64,000 bases of DNA from Neodothiora populina. Taxonomy: Eukaryota. The stretch lies in contig NW_027191402.1 in the NCBI RefSeq assembly GCF_041146345.1, positions 1,178,001 to 1,242,000 on the forward strand. The letters are read 5' to 3'. The notes under the pieces were generated by a model. It was not told where the DNA came from and did not search any database. It was given only the letters and a program-made list of their open reading frames with translations. A program made the translations under genes and the position numbers. Below are positions 1-11,204 of this stretch, in pieces (position 1 is the stretch's first letter; every line of letters starts with the position of its first letter).

Positions 1-1370
1 CGCGAGTCAGGCCGCCCGCACGGCTCGAAGTCCATGCGGGAAAGGTCGGCTTGTCGATGCGATGCACGTCAGTGCCGTGCTCGTTGACATTGGGGCAGTT
101 GCGATCCAATGGGCCGCAATCGTCCAAGCCCAATAAGCAGCGTGGAGTATAAAACGGCATATTCTGCTTGTCCGCCCGTGTTCCATGAGTGGGTTGTATC
201 ATACTCGACACGTGTCCGCTACCCCCTCGCGTCCGACTCGCCCGCGGCGCTGGCTGTCGACGCGGCTGACCTGAGCTGTCAGGCTCTTCGTGATCTGCAT
301 TCGGGCTGTCCTTTTCAAACTCCCTCCCAGACGTCGGGCGGCATCCGGACCTTGGAGCAGGCTCAGCAGCCTTCTTCTTAAAGACGATAAGTGACACTCG
401 CAGGAGCTTGTTGCGCAGCGGCAATGGGCAGTATACTGAGGGTGTAGCGTCCGGCACTGCAGGAGTCTCGTCGATGATCTCGGAATATGTGTACTCCCAC
501 GTCACTAGTCAGTCCCGCGCTCTCTCACGTCATGTATGCGACCGAGGTGGAGACTGAAGAACTTGCAGAGTGGATGCTAGTACCCAAGCCACCGCCGAGA
601 GATGCAGTCGATTCTCCGTGCTCGACTGGTCGTTATCAGACCATCCCGTTGTTGATCCCACATCAGCCTGTGGCACTGACAGCAAGTAGTAAACCGTCCG
701 TGGGTTCTCTGGCACTGGCAGAAAGATGAAAGCTTCCTCGGTGCTAACATATCCGAACTCGCGCCCTGCTGCCACCATGTACAAGCAGGCTTGCGTTCCC
801 GCGGCAGCCACAAGGCGCTGGCATTTCTTGCGAGGCGAGTCTTCATTGCTGTATTCCAGTATGTCAGTCAGATCCGTGTCCCGGAGACCTTCTTGAAAAG
901 GCCCCAAGATCAGCTTGTGGGGCGCCTTGTACTCGATGATAAACGCGGCCACCCGTTCTTCTATTTCCGAGCCCTTTGACATGTTGTACACGCAGAACTG
1001 ATCTGTTCGAGGGCGACTCGTCAGCGCGTGACCCGTCGGCGCATGACTCTTCGGTGCATGACTTGTCGGCTCACGCGCGACCAGGCCGGCATCCGGACTC
1101 TTTGGCTGATCAGCACCGCTAGACATTCTCTCCTTCTCCAACAGCCGACGAGATCGACGGCGGCCTCTGCTCGACAATTCCACCGCGCTCATGCTGCTGT
1201 TGAGAGCATTTTCCGGGGTGAGCGTGTTCGCGTGGTCCTTGGTCGCTTTTTTTGCAGTGCATCGGAGGAGTCGCCTATGGTTGACAGGTCACTGGACTGC
1301 ACTGAGAGGCCAGATTGGAGTTGCACGTGGCGTTCGTTCAAGAACTGCGGCAGTGTTATGTATGTGGCAA
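1..1370 (-). pseudogene. Spok-like protein relic (PD-(D/E)XK nuclease, Cys cluster, start of kinase domain); runs off the window start
   Basis: ORF 530..1192 has RTDQFCVY...IIEYKAPHKL...TQACLYMV..G.EFGYV. An N-terminal TLPQFLNERHVQL segment lies near 1310-1360. Past a premature TGA (530) and frameshifts, the minus strand at 40-160 reads FYTPRCLLGL...LDRNCPNVNEH...IDKPTF. Confidence 0.75.
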
Positions 1371-1879
1371 AACGAACTGAGAATGATCTGCAAATGATGC
1401 AATATTAGCCGTTGTATTCTTCCTAGCAGTATTTGACCGAATCATGCAACATGGCACATCACCATTACACGAAAGCGGAAACAGTCTTTTCCGAGAGTGA
1501 GTGAAGTGTCAGCATGTCTGGGCATTTATGGAAGTATGACAGGCTCAGTCACCAGGTCAAGGAACGCATCGAACATATCGCTACCACGAGTAGAGCTCTG
1601 ATATAGGCCAGCGGTTGAAGTCTTCAGGTGTCGGATATCGACTTCCTTCTATCATTGGAAAGCAACACCTCTTGAGAGCATACTACGGCTGGTGGACATA
1701 AAAAAGGACCCCCGAAAGTATCTGCTATGTACTAGTATAATTTATCATTAGCGTAGGTCTTCGCTAGCAGGGGACCGAAGCAAGATCTCAATCGCTTGGA
1801 TCGGCTGATCTACTTAGCAATCACTTTCGAGGGAATTGTAACAGGCTCCATGTACAGAGCTTATTGCGACCAGCTTTCA

Positions 1880-4122
1880 CTAATTTAACATCTCTTCATA
1901 TGCTCCCGCAGTATACACTAAGCGAATGACGTTGAGGCCAAAGCTGAAGTACACGACCTGTGGCCACGAAACCTGTTCTAATTCCTTCACAGCATCGACC
2001 CCTGTCTGAAGCTCTTCTATGCTCACATCCAATCCTTGAAGATGATCTCGATGATAATCTTCTTGGAGCCATGTAACTTGGACATACCCCTGACAAGTAG
2101 AGCTTGAAGCTGCTTCACTTTCAGTATTTGTGGTGAGATCGCTACCGATGCAATGCTCGGATGTCACGGCCAGAATAAGATGGAAATTTGAAGCATATAC
2201 GCTGATATCGCGAGCTCCCTGGAAAAGAAGTAAAGACACTGGAACACCTTTCCGGAGTCTGACTACCTCGCCAGGGAGGGGATATGCTTTGGCAGTATGT
2301 GAATCTTCTCTAGGGACTACACGTAGCAGCGGCTCATAGTTTGAAAACGTTATTGTACCTTCCGATCCAGGCTCATAGCGTCTCGACCTCCAATCGACAC
2401 CTTTGGAGAAAGTCTCGTCCGGCAGCTCAGTAGATCTTCTCTCCTGGTTGGTACTGAGCTGTTTCAAATCAAAATCATACGCTCTTTGAGACGTTGTAGA
2501 TCCAGATTTGTCTTCTGATGGGATAACATTGTCATCTATGATAAAGGGTGCAATTTCGGGGTCTACCACTGCAGGTTGCCTTGTGAGAGTGCACCGGGAT
2601 TCCAAATTGGATGGGACGAATTCAGCAGTCTCATGCTGTGAAGCATAGCCATGATGAACTCTGTAAGCCTGTGTCGATTGGACTATTGTGGTTGTTGACG
2701 CCGTTCCGGATGGGAGGATAATACTCTCCTCAGGCTGAGGAAAGGGACTTCGATCGAGTTTCAGCTCTCGTGTGATACGGCAGGAAATCTCTTCCTCGAA
2801 GTTCCGCACTGTCGCAATGAGATTAGGTGATCTGGAGCATGTTGATCCCAATAGATCTACTGGCAACGCCCACTTCTCATACAAACGTCCGTGAGAGCTA
2901 GGGATTAGGAAGCGTTCATGTACTCGAAAAAAGAGGTTGCAAAGGAAGCAAGCCTGTTTGTTCGAGGAGATAATTCTCGGAACAGTTTCGGAGGTCGTGA
3001 TTTCATAATGAAGCAGCAACTGGATTTCCGCATGGACAGGATAATTTAGAGTTGCTGCTTGTTTTATGAAATCTATAGAATCTTCCGTACTCGTCACGCG
3101 ACCGTCTTTTTGCAATCGACGTCCACGAGCCATGCTAAAAAGACACTTCGTAGCATTAAGAGTAACGTTGTCGATCTCCACGACTAGATGTTTGGCTGGC
3201 CGAAGTTTTATTGGAATGTTTTCGATGTTGTTGAACATCCTGAATCTACGTGAGTAATGTATCAGCAAGTTGGTTGCTCTCAAATATCGATTAATCTTCC
3301 TCAATGTCTTTATTGACCCGGACAGGGATGAAGTCAGTCCATGATCTTCAACGATTATGACCAAGCGGCTACACTTCTGCACTATCTCCATGAGCAGATC
3401 TAATCCAGGCGCCGATGTCACCACCTCTGGTTCAAGGTGTTCGAGACGCTTGAAAAGGGACGCCAGATGTTTTGTAGCTGAGCGCAGAGTTTCTGTTGTC
3501 GATGTGGAGATCCGTTGGCCTGCAACTGTGTGACAAGCCTCCAAATCTCTGCACAGTCCAGGGATCCACGATGGTCGAAGACTCCTCGCTTTCTTGAAAT
3601 TACAGCGCATCTTCGCGTTTCTTAACCTGCAAAGAATACGATTCCGATGTAGAGCGACAACCTCATGTAAGACGTCGCAGTTCTCTGAGTGAGACAAGCG
3701 TGGTCCCGTGAATCAGTAGAGTACTATGACCTTCAACAAGCTGATAATGATGACGAACGATGGGTACTTTGATCTTGCAAGATTCGTGCAATTCTCTCCA
3801 ATGCCTCCTTGACGACCGACAAGTCCCCTTTATTGACTGCTATTTTGATTTTTATGCGTTGCGCAGACTCGTATTCCTCAACGCAGGCTGCCGCTACTCT
3901 ACCTGGATCGTCACTATTTGCCGCCAAAAGCGCGAAAATCTCAGCCAATCGACGTTCTTGTTTGAGAGTTAATATTCTTTGCGAGCTGCCTCCTTGAATC
4001 ATCTCACTATGGTACCCATTCCAGTTTTCTGATGGAAGATTTGGTTTGTCGTTTATATAATGCGATAACACGGTTTTTTGGGCTAACCCCGACAAGTCTT
4101 CAATCTTTAACGCTCGATCCAT
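1880..4122 (-). CDS. OTT_1508-like nucleic acid deaminase (two exons, about 722 aa)
   Basis: HAEIQLL...PRIISSNKQACFLC...SHGRLYEKW motif. ORFs 3733..4122 and 1880..3697 join in frame through a phase-1 intron at 3685..3758 (GTTCGT...ACTGAT...CAG). Confidence 0.85.
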
Positions 4123-5879
4123 TGTTCGGGTTGATTGATAAAGATCCCCGCACGATTTAAGCCTTGGTGGCTATCTAAAGATTTCAAGGGCGTCAAGGTC
4201 GACGTCCTTTATACGGGAGGTTGAAATATGCATCTTATTTTTGCATAGTACTGTAAGTGTCGCATGTTGGTCGCATAGGATCTGCGACTTCCAGCAGCTA
4301 AAGACGCACATGGGGTGGCGATCGAGGCAACTAGATCCAAGACAGGCCAGGCCCTCCTTGTTGCTGGTAGTGGAAAGTGTGGGGTTTACTGGATGTCAGC
4401 AAGCATCTAGCCCGTCTTATGCGACGAGAGCACCTGTAGGCGATAGTTAGAGACAACAACAGATGCAAAAATACTTGGTAATGCATTGATAGATTGCAAC
4501 TACTTGTATACCTAGCAGCAAAAAGAGACTGAGAGCAAAGCCATGACAAGGTAGTTGGTAGACGGCTGATAGTCAGGGAGCGGTAGCTGATTGTACCTCC
4601 TATGATACACGACCAGAACATATTTTTGATCATGGCTATACCTGGCTAACTACTCCCTGCAAGTATCGCGGAGCAGCTCTCTACCCTGCTAGAGATATCG
4701 CATGAGTTTCACGCATTGTGAGTAGTTATGAAAGAGCGCCGAATCTCTGGTTGAGCCTAGTGCTAATTCTTCATCTGCTGATAACCGATAGTGTATGCAT
4801 GCACATGTGATCGTGGAAATGGGTCACGCCACTCGAGCATGAACAAGCAAAATGGTATAATGACTACATCGGGCAAATTGCATCTTGTTCTTACGCCTGC
4901 TTGCATGTAATCAGTATGATAAGCGGTAGTGCAGATCAAGATGTCATAATCTCATAGGCTCCGAGACCCTCTTCACCTAAGCGATGGACGAAGCTGGAGA
5001 GATATCTCCATTTATCACGCATCTAAAGTAGAGTGAATTGGAATACTGCAAAAGATTGGGTTCCCCATATCACCCCATCAATACATTAGCCTTGAAAAGA
5101 CGACTATTCTCGGCACAACGACAAGATTCCATGACCTGTCAGTGGATCATCTAACTTAGGCCAATGCGCTGAGCCGTTGAAGCTCAAATCTCTTCTCCAA
5201 GGGGGATCCCCGAGCACCATGAAGCCATAAGTTGAAGCTGGGCTTCTCTTCTCAATCATCTGGGTGCACGACTATCCGACTCAAGGATGGATGGGTTCAA
5301 CAAGTATCCTTCATCTTGACTGTCTCGAATGCATCAAGTACTTGATAAGCAGATTCGGCACACCACGCCACGCTGATCAACCGTCATTCCAGGTGAGAGA
5401 TGATCGTTGCACTTTTGCCCTGTGACAATTCCATCGTCAGAAGATCGCATAGCGTATCATTCTGAGTCAAATCGGCGCCCGAAGTCACAAGACTTGTGGG
5501 TGATAACGAGGGTTTGAATGACAATCCACAGGGGTGTGCAAGTATGTGGACAGGAATTGAACAGCCAAGTAACAAGGGATCGTGTCACAGTATGGTGGGG
5601 TAGAGTGTACATGTGAAGACTGCATTATCCGAGTCAGAGCAGGGCCCCAACCGCATCCAGGAAACTAGAGTATCTGTTCGACTTGCCGTGCTTGCGACCT
5701 CCTTGACAGGCCTGATTAAGATCCATCTCGCTCCATACGAAGGTTCAATGTGCGCACAAGGGTCGATTCACGGTATGTGACGGATCGCTGGTTCAATCAT
5801 CTGCTACAAGCTCGAATCGTCGGATATGTTCATACTCGCGTGAGAAGGGCGTATAGATAGTTCTTGCAGAGCGCGGCAC

Positions 5880-6355
5880 AGCTTCCAAACAGACTCCGTC
5901 ACGCCTTTGAACGACCCAAAATAACAGAAGTCCCATCCCCAAAGATTACTGGTTGCAGATGATCACCCGAGATTGGGTGCATCTCAATCGAATACTTTGC
6001 CAGTGGCCCTTTGTTGATGTCCTCGTTCACTTCGGGGTCGGTATTGATAACGATCCTATGATAATCGCTATGGAGCCGTGCAACGGATTTTCAACTGACC
6101 TGGCTCCTGAAAAACGAGATAATAGCTTTGGCCTATGTGCTGGCAGAGAAGTTCGTTATCGACGATTAATCCGGAAATGTGACCAACAAACCGTTTCGGC
6201 TCCCTTTGCAAGTCAATCGGTAGGCGTGCATTGTCGGAGAACTCCAGATGAAATTTGTGGGCTACTACTGCCTTCTCATCCTTGTTGAACGGAAAAGAAG
6301 GCACGAACTTGTTGATCTGACCAACTACTGTGGGATTTTTTGCAGTCAGTCTCAT
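5880..6355 (-). pseudogene. Degraded gene fragment of unknown family
   Basis: 95-aa ATG ORF (6068..6355) with protein-like composition that continues in another frame (HSDYHRIVINTDPEVNEDINKG...). No family recognised. Confidence 0.25.
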
Positions 6356-8156
6356 ATTTGCATCGCAGGAATTTTAATGTGCGACCAATCATGGATTTAC
6401 CCCTAGATGTCAACTTCCAGGTATCTACGAATCACTTAGTGTCTCGCAACAAGGCAGGGCAAAGCTAGCCTCAATGGAAGGAGTGTGATGAATCGAGAGA
6501 TGGCTTGCAGGCAATTTGACGTGATGTAGGCATGATCATCAGTGTTAGCGAGCTCGACAGCGGTTGAAGTCCACCCTATGCATGATAAGATTATCGTTGT
6601 CTTATTCAGGCACGGCGCGATGCAAGACTACGTATCGATAAAACAAACATCCTATAGCGGACTATCTGGCCGAAGCAGAAACTACTGTGGACACGTTCCA
6701 GCCGGATGTGACCAGTCAGAAACATTCTCGCCTCTAAATCACACTGTTCCTTGTATAATAGTGGTTTATATGCTCATGCGTTGAGATGAGACCTGGTATA
6801 TGATGTCTTCCATCCTTACTGTTAGCTAACCCTTGAACTTATGCTAAGCATCTCGACTACCGCAATGCCTTCATCATATCCTAGGAACCACTGGAATCAA
6901 TCCATCGAATCACCTCTATAATTTGTATGCACCCATGGTCAGGCTCACCCTGTGAGTTTAGACTGTTAAATTCTGATCGTCTCTTAGCACACTGTTGTTG
7001 CGGAATCTATGTCGTTTCCTGTCTGTTGAGTCGAATATACGACTGCTATACCGGATCCAGATATTCCAACATAAAGATACCGCAACTTCATCTCCGTGGA
7101 AACAAACCCTGACGAATCCGGGATCGTGCATCATGAGACTAGTGACACTACCGACGCTCAAGTTCCACCCCCATGACCAGAACAAATGTAATTCCTTGAT
7201 GATGAGAAGACGACAGATGAAGCCAGATGGGACATTCTACCGGCAGGGCAGACCAGACCGAAACTGGTCAGATGTACAAGATGGACAATAAACCGAGCGA
7301 TCCCTGCTTTTCAACGAAGTGGGGTCTTGAAGGATTGAAGAGTGTGCAAAGTTCAATGTACCAATGTAACTGAACCTTTTTGCATTGATTTGAGATCTGG
7401 CCATAGAACCTCAAGTATATTTCCTGGGGTGTGGTCCATAACAAGATAGACCTTTTCATCTGGCTGTTCCTATATTGCATAGAGCCTCGGTGCGGATATT
7501 TCGATGTTGTAGTCGATTTACAATAGGTTCTCTCCTTCGACAACGTCCTGATGAGGACTATACTGACGACATAGTGATCGCAAACGCGAATGATCTTTTC
7601 GTCAGCCCATTCCTTGATGTTCCGATAGGACCACCAGCGAACAAGCGAGCATGATTGCTAATTTCCCGACTGGAGCGATCAGTTTGGATACCGAGACGAA
7701 CGTTAGCGGTTAGGGTATTGTGCCGGTAAAAGTTCATTCGGAGAACTTGCTACCAATAGGGTCTTCGTGTACAATGTTGGGCGCTAATCAGTTTGGTCTT
7801 CCTAAAATAACTGCTGAGATTATTACTACACGCCCTCATTTATATTAAGGCAAGCCCCGCAGTAACACATCATTTGATCCTTCCAATTTCGAAGCTGGGT
7901 TGCGCGCTCGATTAGGCATTAACGCATATCTTGGAACCTCAATATCGGCTAAGCGATGCTTGTGGTTTTTCGCGGCTGATAACTAGGATCCAGTCGAGGG
8001 CTGGGGTATAAGTAGCTACAGGTAAGGTAGGGGGGTCGATGAAATATACTTGGAAGTGTATCACATATCGCGACTAGATCTGAGTGGAAACTTATGACAC
8101 CCTGCTACTAAGAATTGTGAAGTGAAGCGATAACGATTTGCTTAACGTGAAATAGG

Positions 8157-9119
8157 TTTTTTAAGCCCGTGGAAATTTTGGGACACGGTTCATTTTAAGA
8201 TGGTGGCCTAACTCACAACAATCCTGTTAACCTAGCAGTCTGGGAAGCAAGGCGTGTGTGGCCTTCCTCGTGTGCGCCGGACATAGTTGTTTCCCTTGGA
8301 ACAGGGACAACCCAATATCAACCAGGCTTAAATTCTCATCCATACCGGTCATCTAGAAATGGCTTTTTGACAAGGCTCTGTCGGTCATTTTGGTCCTCAT
8401 TAGACGGACAGCACAAATGGACGGAATTGCAGAACAATCTGGACGAAGCGAATGGGAATCAATATCACAGACTTAACGTCTCTCTAGACGCAGATATCAG
8501 CATCGACGACGTCCGGGCTGTCGAGCTACTAAAGAACAAAGTGCGCAAACAGGCAGATCTGGAACTTAAATGTCAAGGCATTATAATCTCGCTCTTATCG
8601 TCGTCGTTCTATCTTGAGCTGGACATGGAGCCGCAATTCGACGATGGCTTCTACCATTGCACCGGGACTATACGCTGTCGTAACAATCCCAATGATCTTC
8701 TACAAGTTCTTCTTCAGATGCCATACACGAACATGAGATTCACCTCTGATACAGGCTATTTGACCGACGTTGGCGGCGTGGAAGACATATGTTCCTAATG
8801 CCACCTCTACGTGAAGCGTGTGAAATTCTACGTACGACACCCAAAAGAGGTGATGACAATATACTTGGAAGCCGATAGTGATGTTAAGAAACGTATCAGT
8901 GGTTTCCCACACAGTATGGAATGGTTTGTAAGGGAGCAAAAACTGGATTCTATGTTTGGCACTCGGGAACATGATCATGCGGTGCGCCAAAAATGCGGGT
9001 TGTGTGAAGGACGTGGGAGTCGTAAGCGGAGATTCAACCGGAACAACACACGCGATCAAAAGAGGCTCCGGGGCGCCGGTTCGGTGATGCTGGACAGAAC
9101 GCAAATATCAATGTTATAA
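8157..9119 (+). pseudogene. Patatin-like phospholipase (PLP), C-terminal exon only
   Basis: After an acceptor ending at 8156 it reads FFKPVEILGHGSF*DGGLTHNNPVNLAVWEARRVWP...DIVVSLGTG (patatin DGG motif). In-frame TAA at 8196 and 8796. The N-terminal GxGxxG/GxSxG part was not found. Confidence 0.85.
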
Positions 9120-9142
9120 ATAGCACATTCCCTGCCAGCTTT

Positions 9143-10327
9143 CATGCTATGAAGCATCTACTGCATAATTCAGTTTCTTCTTCTTTGAACGTATCGCTCC
9201 TAAGTATGCAACCTATCGTCGAAATTAGTCGGAGCAGGACAAAGTTCCCCGGTGGACCTCTGTTGTTACGAAAACGCCCTGATCCACCGGCTTTAGAGAC
9301 GAACACTGCGATATCGCAGAAACGTCGTTTCCTCTAAAGCACGGCACTACCTTCACGCCTTCCCCTTAAAGTAAATCCTGATAGCAGTCTCTTCATGAGT
9401 TATGTCCGGAAGAAGAGTGGCGAAACCAACAACCTCAATAATGATGTTGAGTCGTCCAAAATCTCTTGGTCATCCTTTCGAAAGCTCATGCAGGAGGATC
9501 AGGCTGGTATGGCGCTCATTGCTCACCAGAATCAAGCAGACTTCCGTATAGTGGCCATCAAAACCAGAGGAGTGGGCAGTGAACAGTACAATGAAAATTC
9601 AAGACTCACGTCCTATAAGAATCTTGTCAATCTACAATCATTCTTTGAGCATGAAGGAAGCATGAACTTTGTCTACGAATCATGTTCGGTCTCCCTAGCT
9701 GATATACAAGCAAGTCCTTACGGGCTCCTTCAGGAATATGAAATAGCAGCAGTATGCAAAGAGGTATGTGATGACGGCTTGGCATCGACCTTAACTAACC
9801 TAGAGAGCTTCTTGAGGGACTCGGTTACATCTCGGAACTTCTTAGAGTCGGACATACACTTCGATGCGAAACTATCCTCGTGACTGAGGATGGTTACCCC
9901 AAGATTGGTACGTTGGTACTCTGATTTCGTTCCACTAGTATCAAGCTCAACATAACAGCGAATATTGGTGATATAATGTTGGATAGCCACAATCTTGAAT
10001 GCTTGGAGAGTAGCAGATTGCTTGGATATCTCCTCAAATATCTGCTTGAGCCCGTTAGTGTATTAGACGCAAACCACAAGCTCGAATTATCTTCACACAA
10101 TGTGTGGTCCAGTGATGCCGAGGATTTCCTCCTTCAGACCTAGATCAAGGGCGTGGAAGATTTGAAAGAGGTGCTCTCAACTAGCAACACGAGATAGAGA
10201 AGAAACGGATCACTCTCAGCATAATTTTTTACAGAGATCACCAGGACCGCATTGTCTGGTTCCCCATATTTTGATAGCCCAACGCACAATGCGGAAGACG
10301 TGGACCCTTCTGCCAGATCTGGACTAA
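9143..10327 (+). pseudogene. Degenerate protein kinase-like gene (three putative introns)
   Basis: VAIK...NLVNLQSFF...FVYE...SLADI...EIAAVCKE|LEGLGYI...KI|ANIG kinase-like succession. GTATGT/GTACGT donors with CTAAC-type branch sites. In-frame stops at 9334 and 10141. Confidence 0.75.
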
Positions 10328-10504
10328 TAGGTCTGCTGACTTAAACAGGCGCTATATAGCCGATCCCATACTGGGTCTATTGCACTGAAAGGGGCTCATG
10401 GAGACTTACTATGGACATATCGGTATCATATGGTAAACACATGCCACAATCTTCTACATTTATGTGTAGTCATTCGTCCATAGGAGCCTTATCCCTCCGC
10501 ATCT

Positions 10505-11053
10505 ATGAATTTCAATACTTCTATGACTATGGCTACATCAGTTGTTCGTTTTGCTCAGTCTGTTGTGACGTGTGTCTCCCGATCGCCAAATTGTGCAGAA
10601 GAACGAGCTATCTCAAGATTTGAGCACTATGCTTGGGTGTGTGGAAGCTGCTCCCTACCACCTGCTTTAGATCAAGGTAGCATTAGCCTCTGCCTAAGGG
10701 GTCTATCTTTCGCCGACCAGATATTGAGTCAATTGCGGTACAGCCGCGGCCACGCTATAAGCGTAGTGAATCGCCGGTGCTGGCATATTCGTGTAGAGAT
10801 ACCGACGCATTGTGAGGCAACCTGGGAGCTTCCGTATGCGGACAGGTACCTCCAGCGATTATCTCGCTTGTCTTCGACGACTCGATCAATTTCTCAGAGG
10901 ACGACTTCTAGTGCATCAAGCATCGTCAGTGCTTATTCTTCATTCTACGAAGTATGCCCAGATGTGGTGGACAGAATCGCCCGAGTACGGCGAAGGCTAG
11001 AGGATGGAGAGATATACAGCATAGTGCGTAGACTCACACGATACATTTGGTGA
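10505..11053 (+). CDS. Uncharacterised fungal protein with H/C pattern (FEHYAWVCGSC...LCLRG...VEIP..C)
   Basis: 182-aa ATG ORF, convergent with the DUF3435 gene. The motif spacing resembles a fungal hypothetical family. Confidence 0.55.
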   Translation: MNFNTSMTMATSVVRFAQSVVTCVSRSPNCAEERAISRFEHYAWVCGSCSLPPALDQGSISLCLRGLSFADQILSQLRYSRGHAISVVNRRCWHIRVEIPTHCEATWELPYADRYLQRLSRLSSTTRSISQRTTSSASSIVSAYSSFYEVCPDVVDRIARVRRRLEDGEIYSIVRRLTRYIW

Positions 11054-11204
11054 GATCTGCTGCATTTGTGAGCTTCGAGGGACATCCTTCTTTAGCATTT
11101 CATCGACATCGGCTTATATGAGTTGAATGGTCTTGTGACGGAAGCTCATATTTTTACAAAGAAAGATCTCATATTCGAGGAGATAAGAGGAATATAGAAC
11201 AGTA

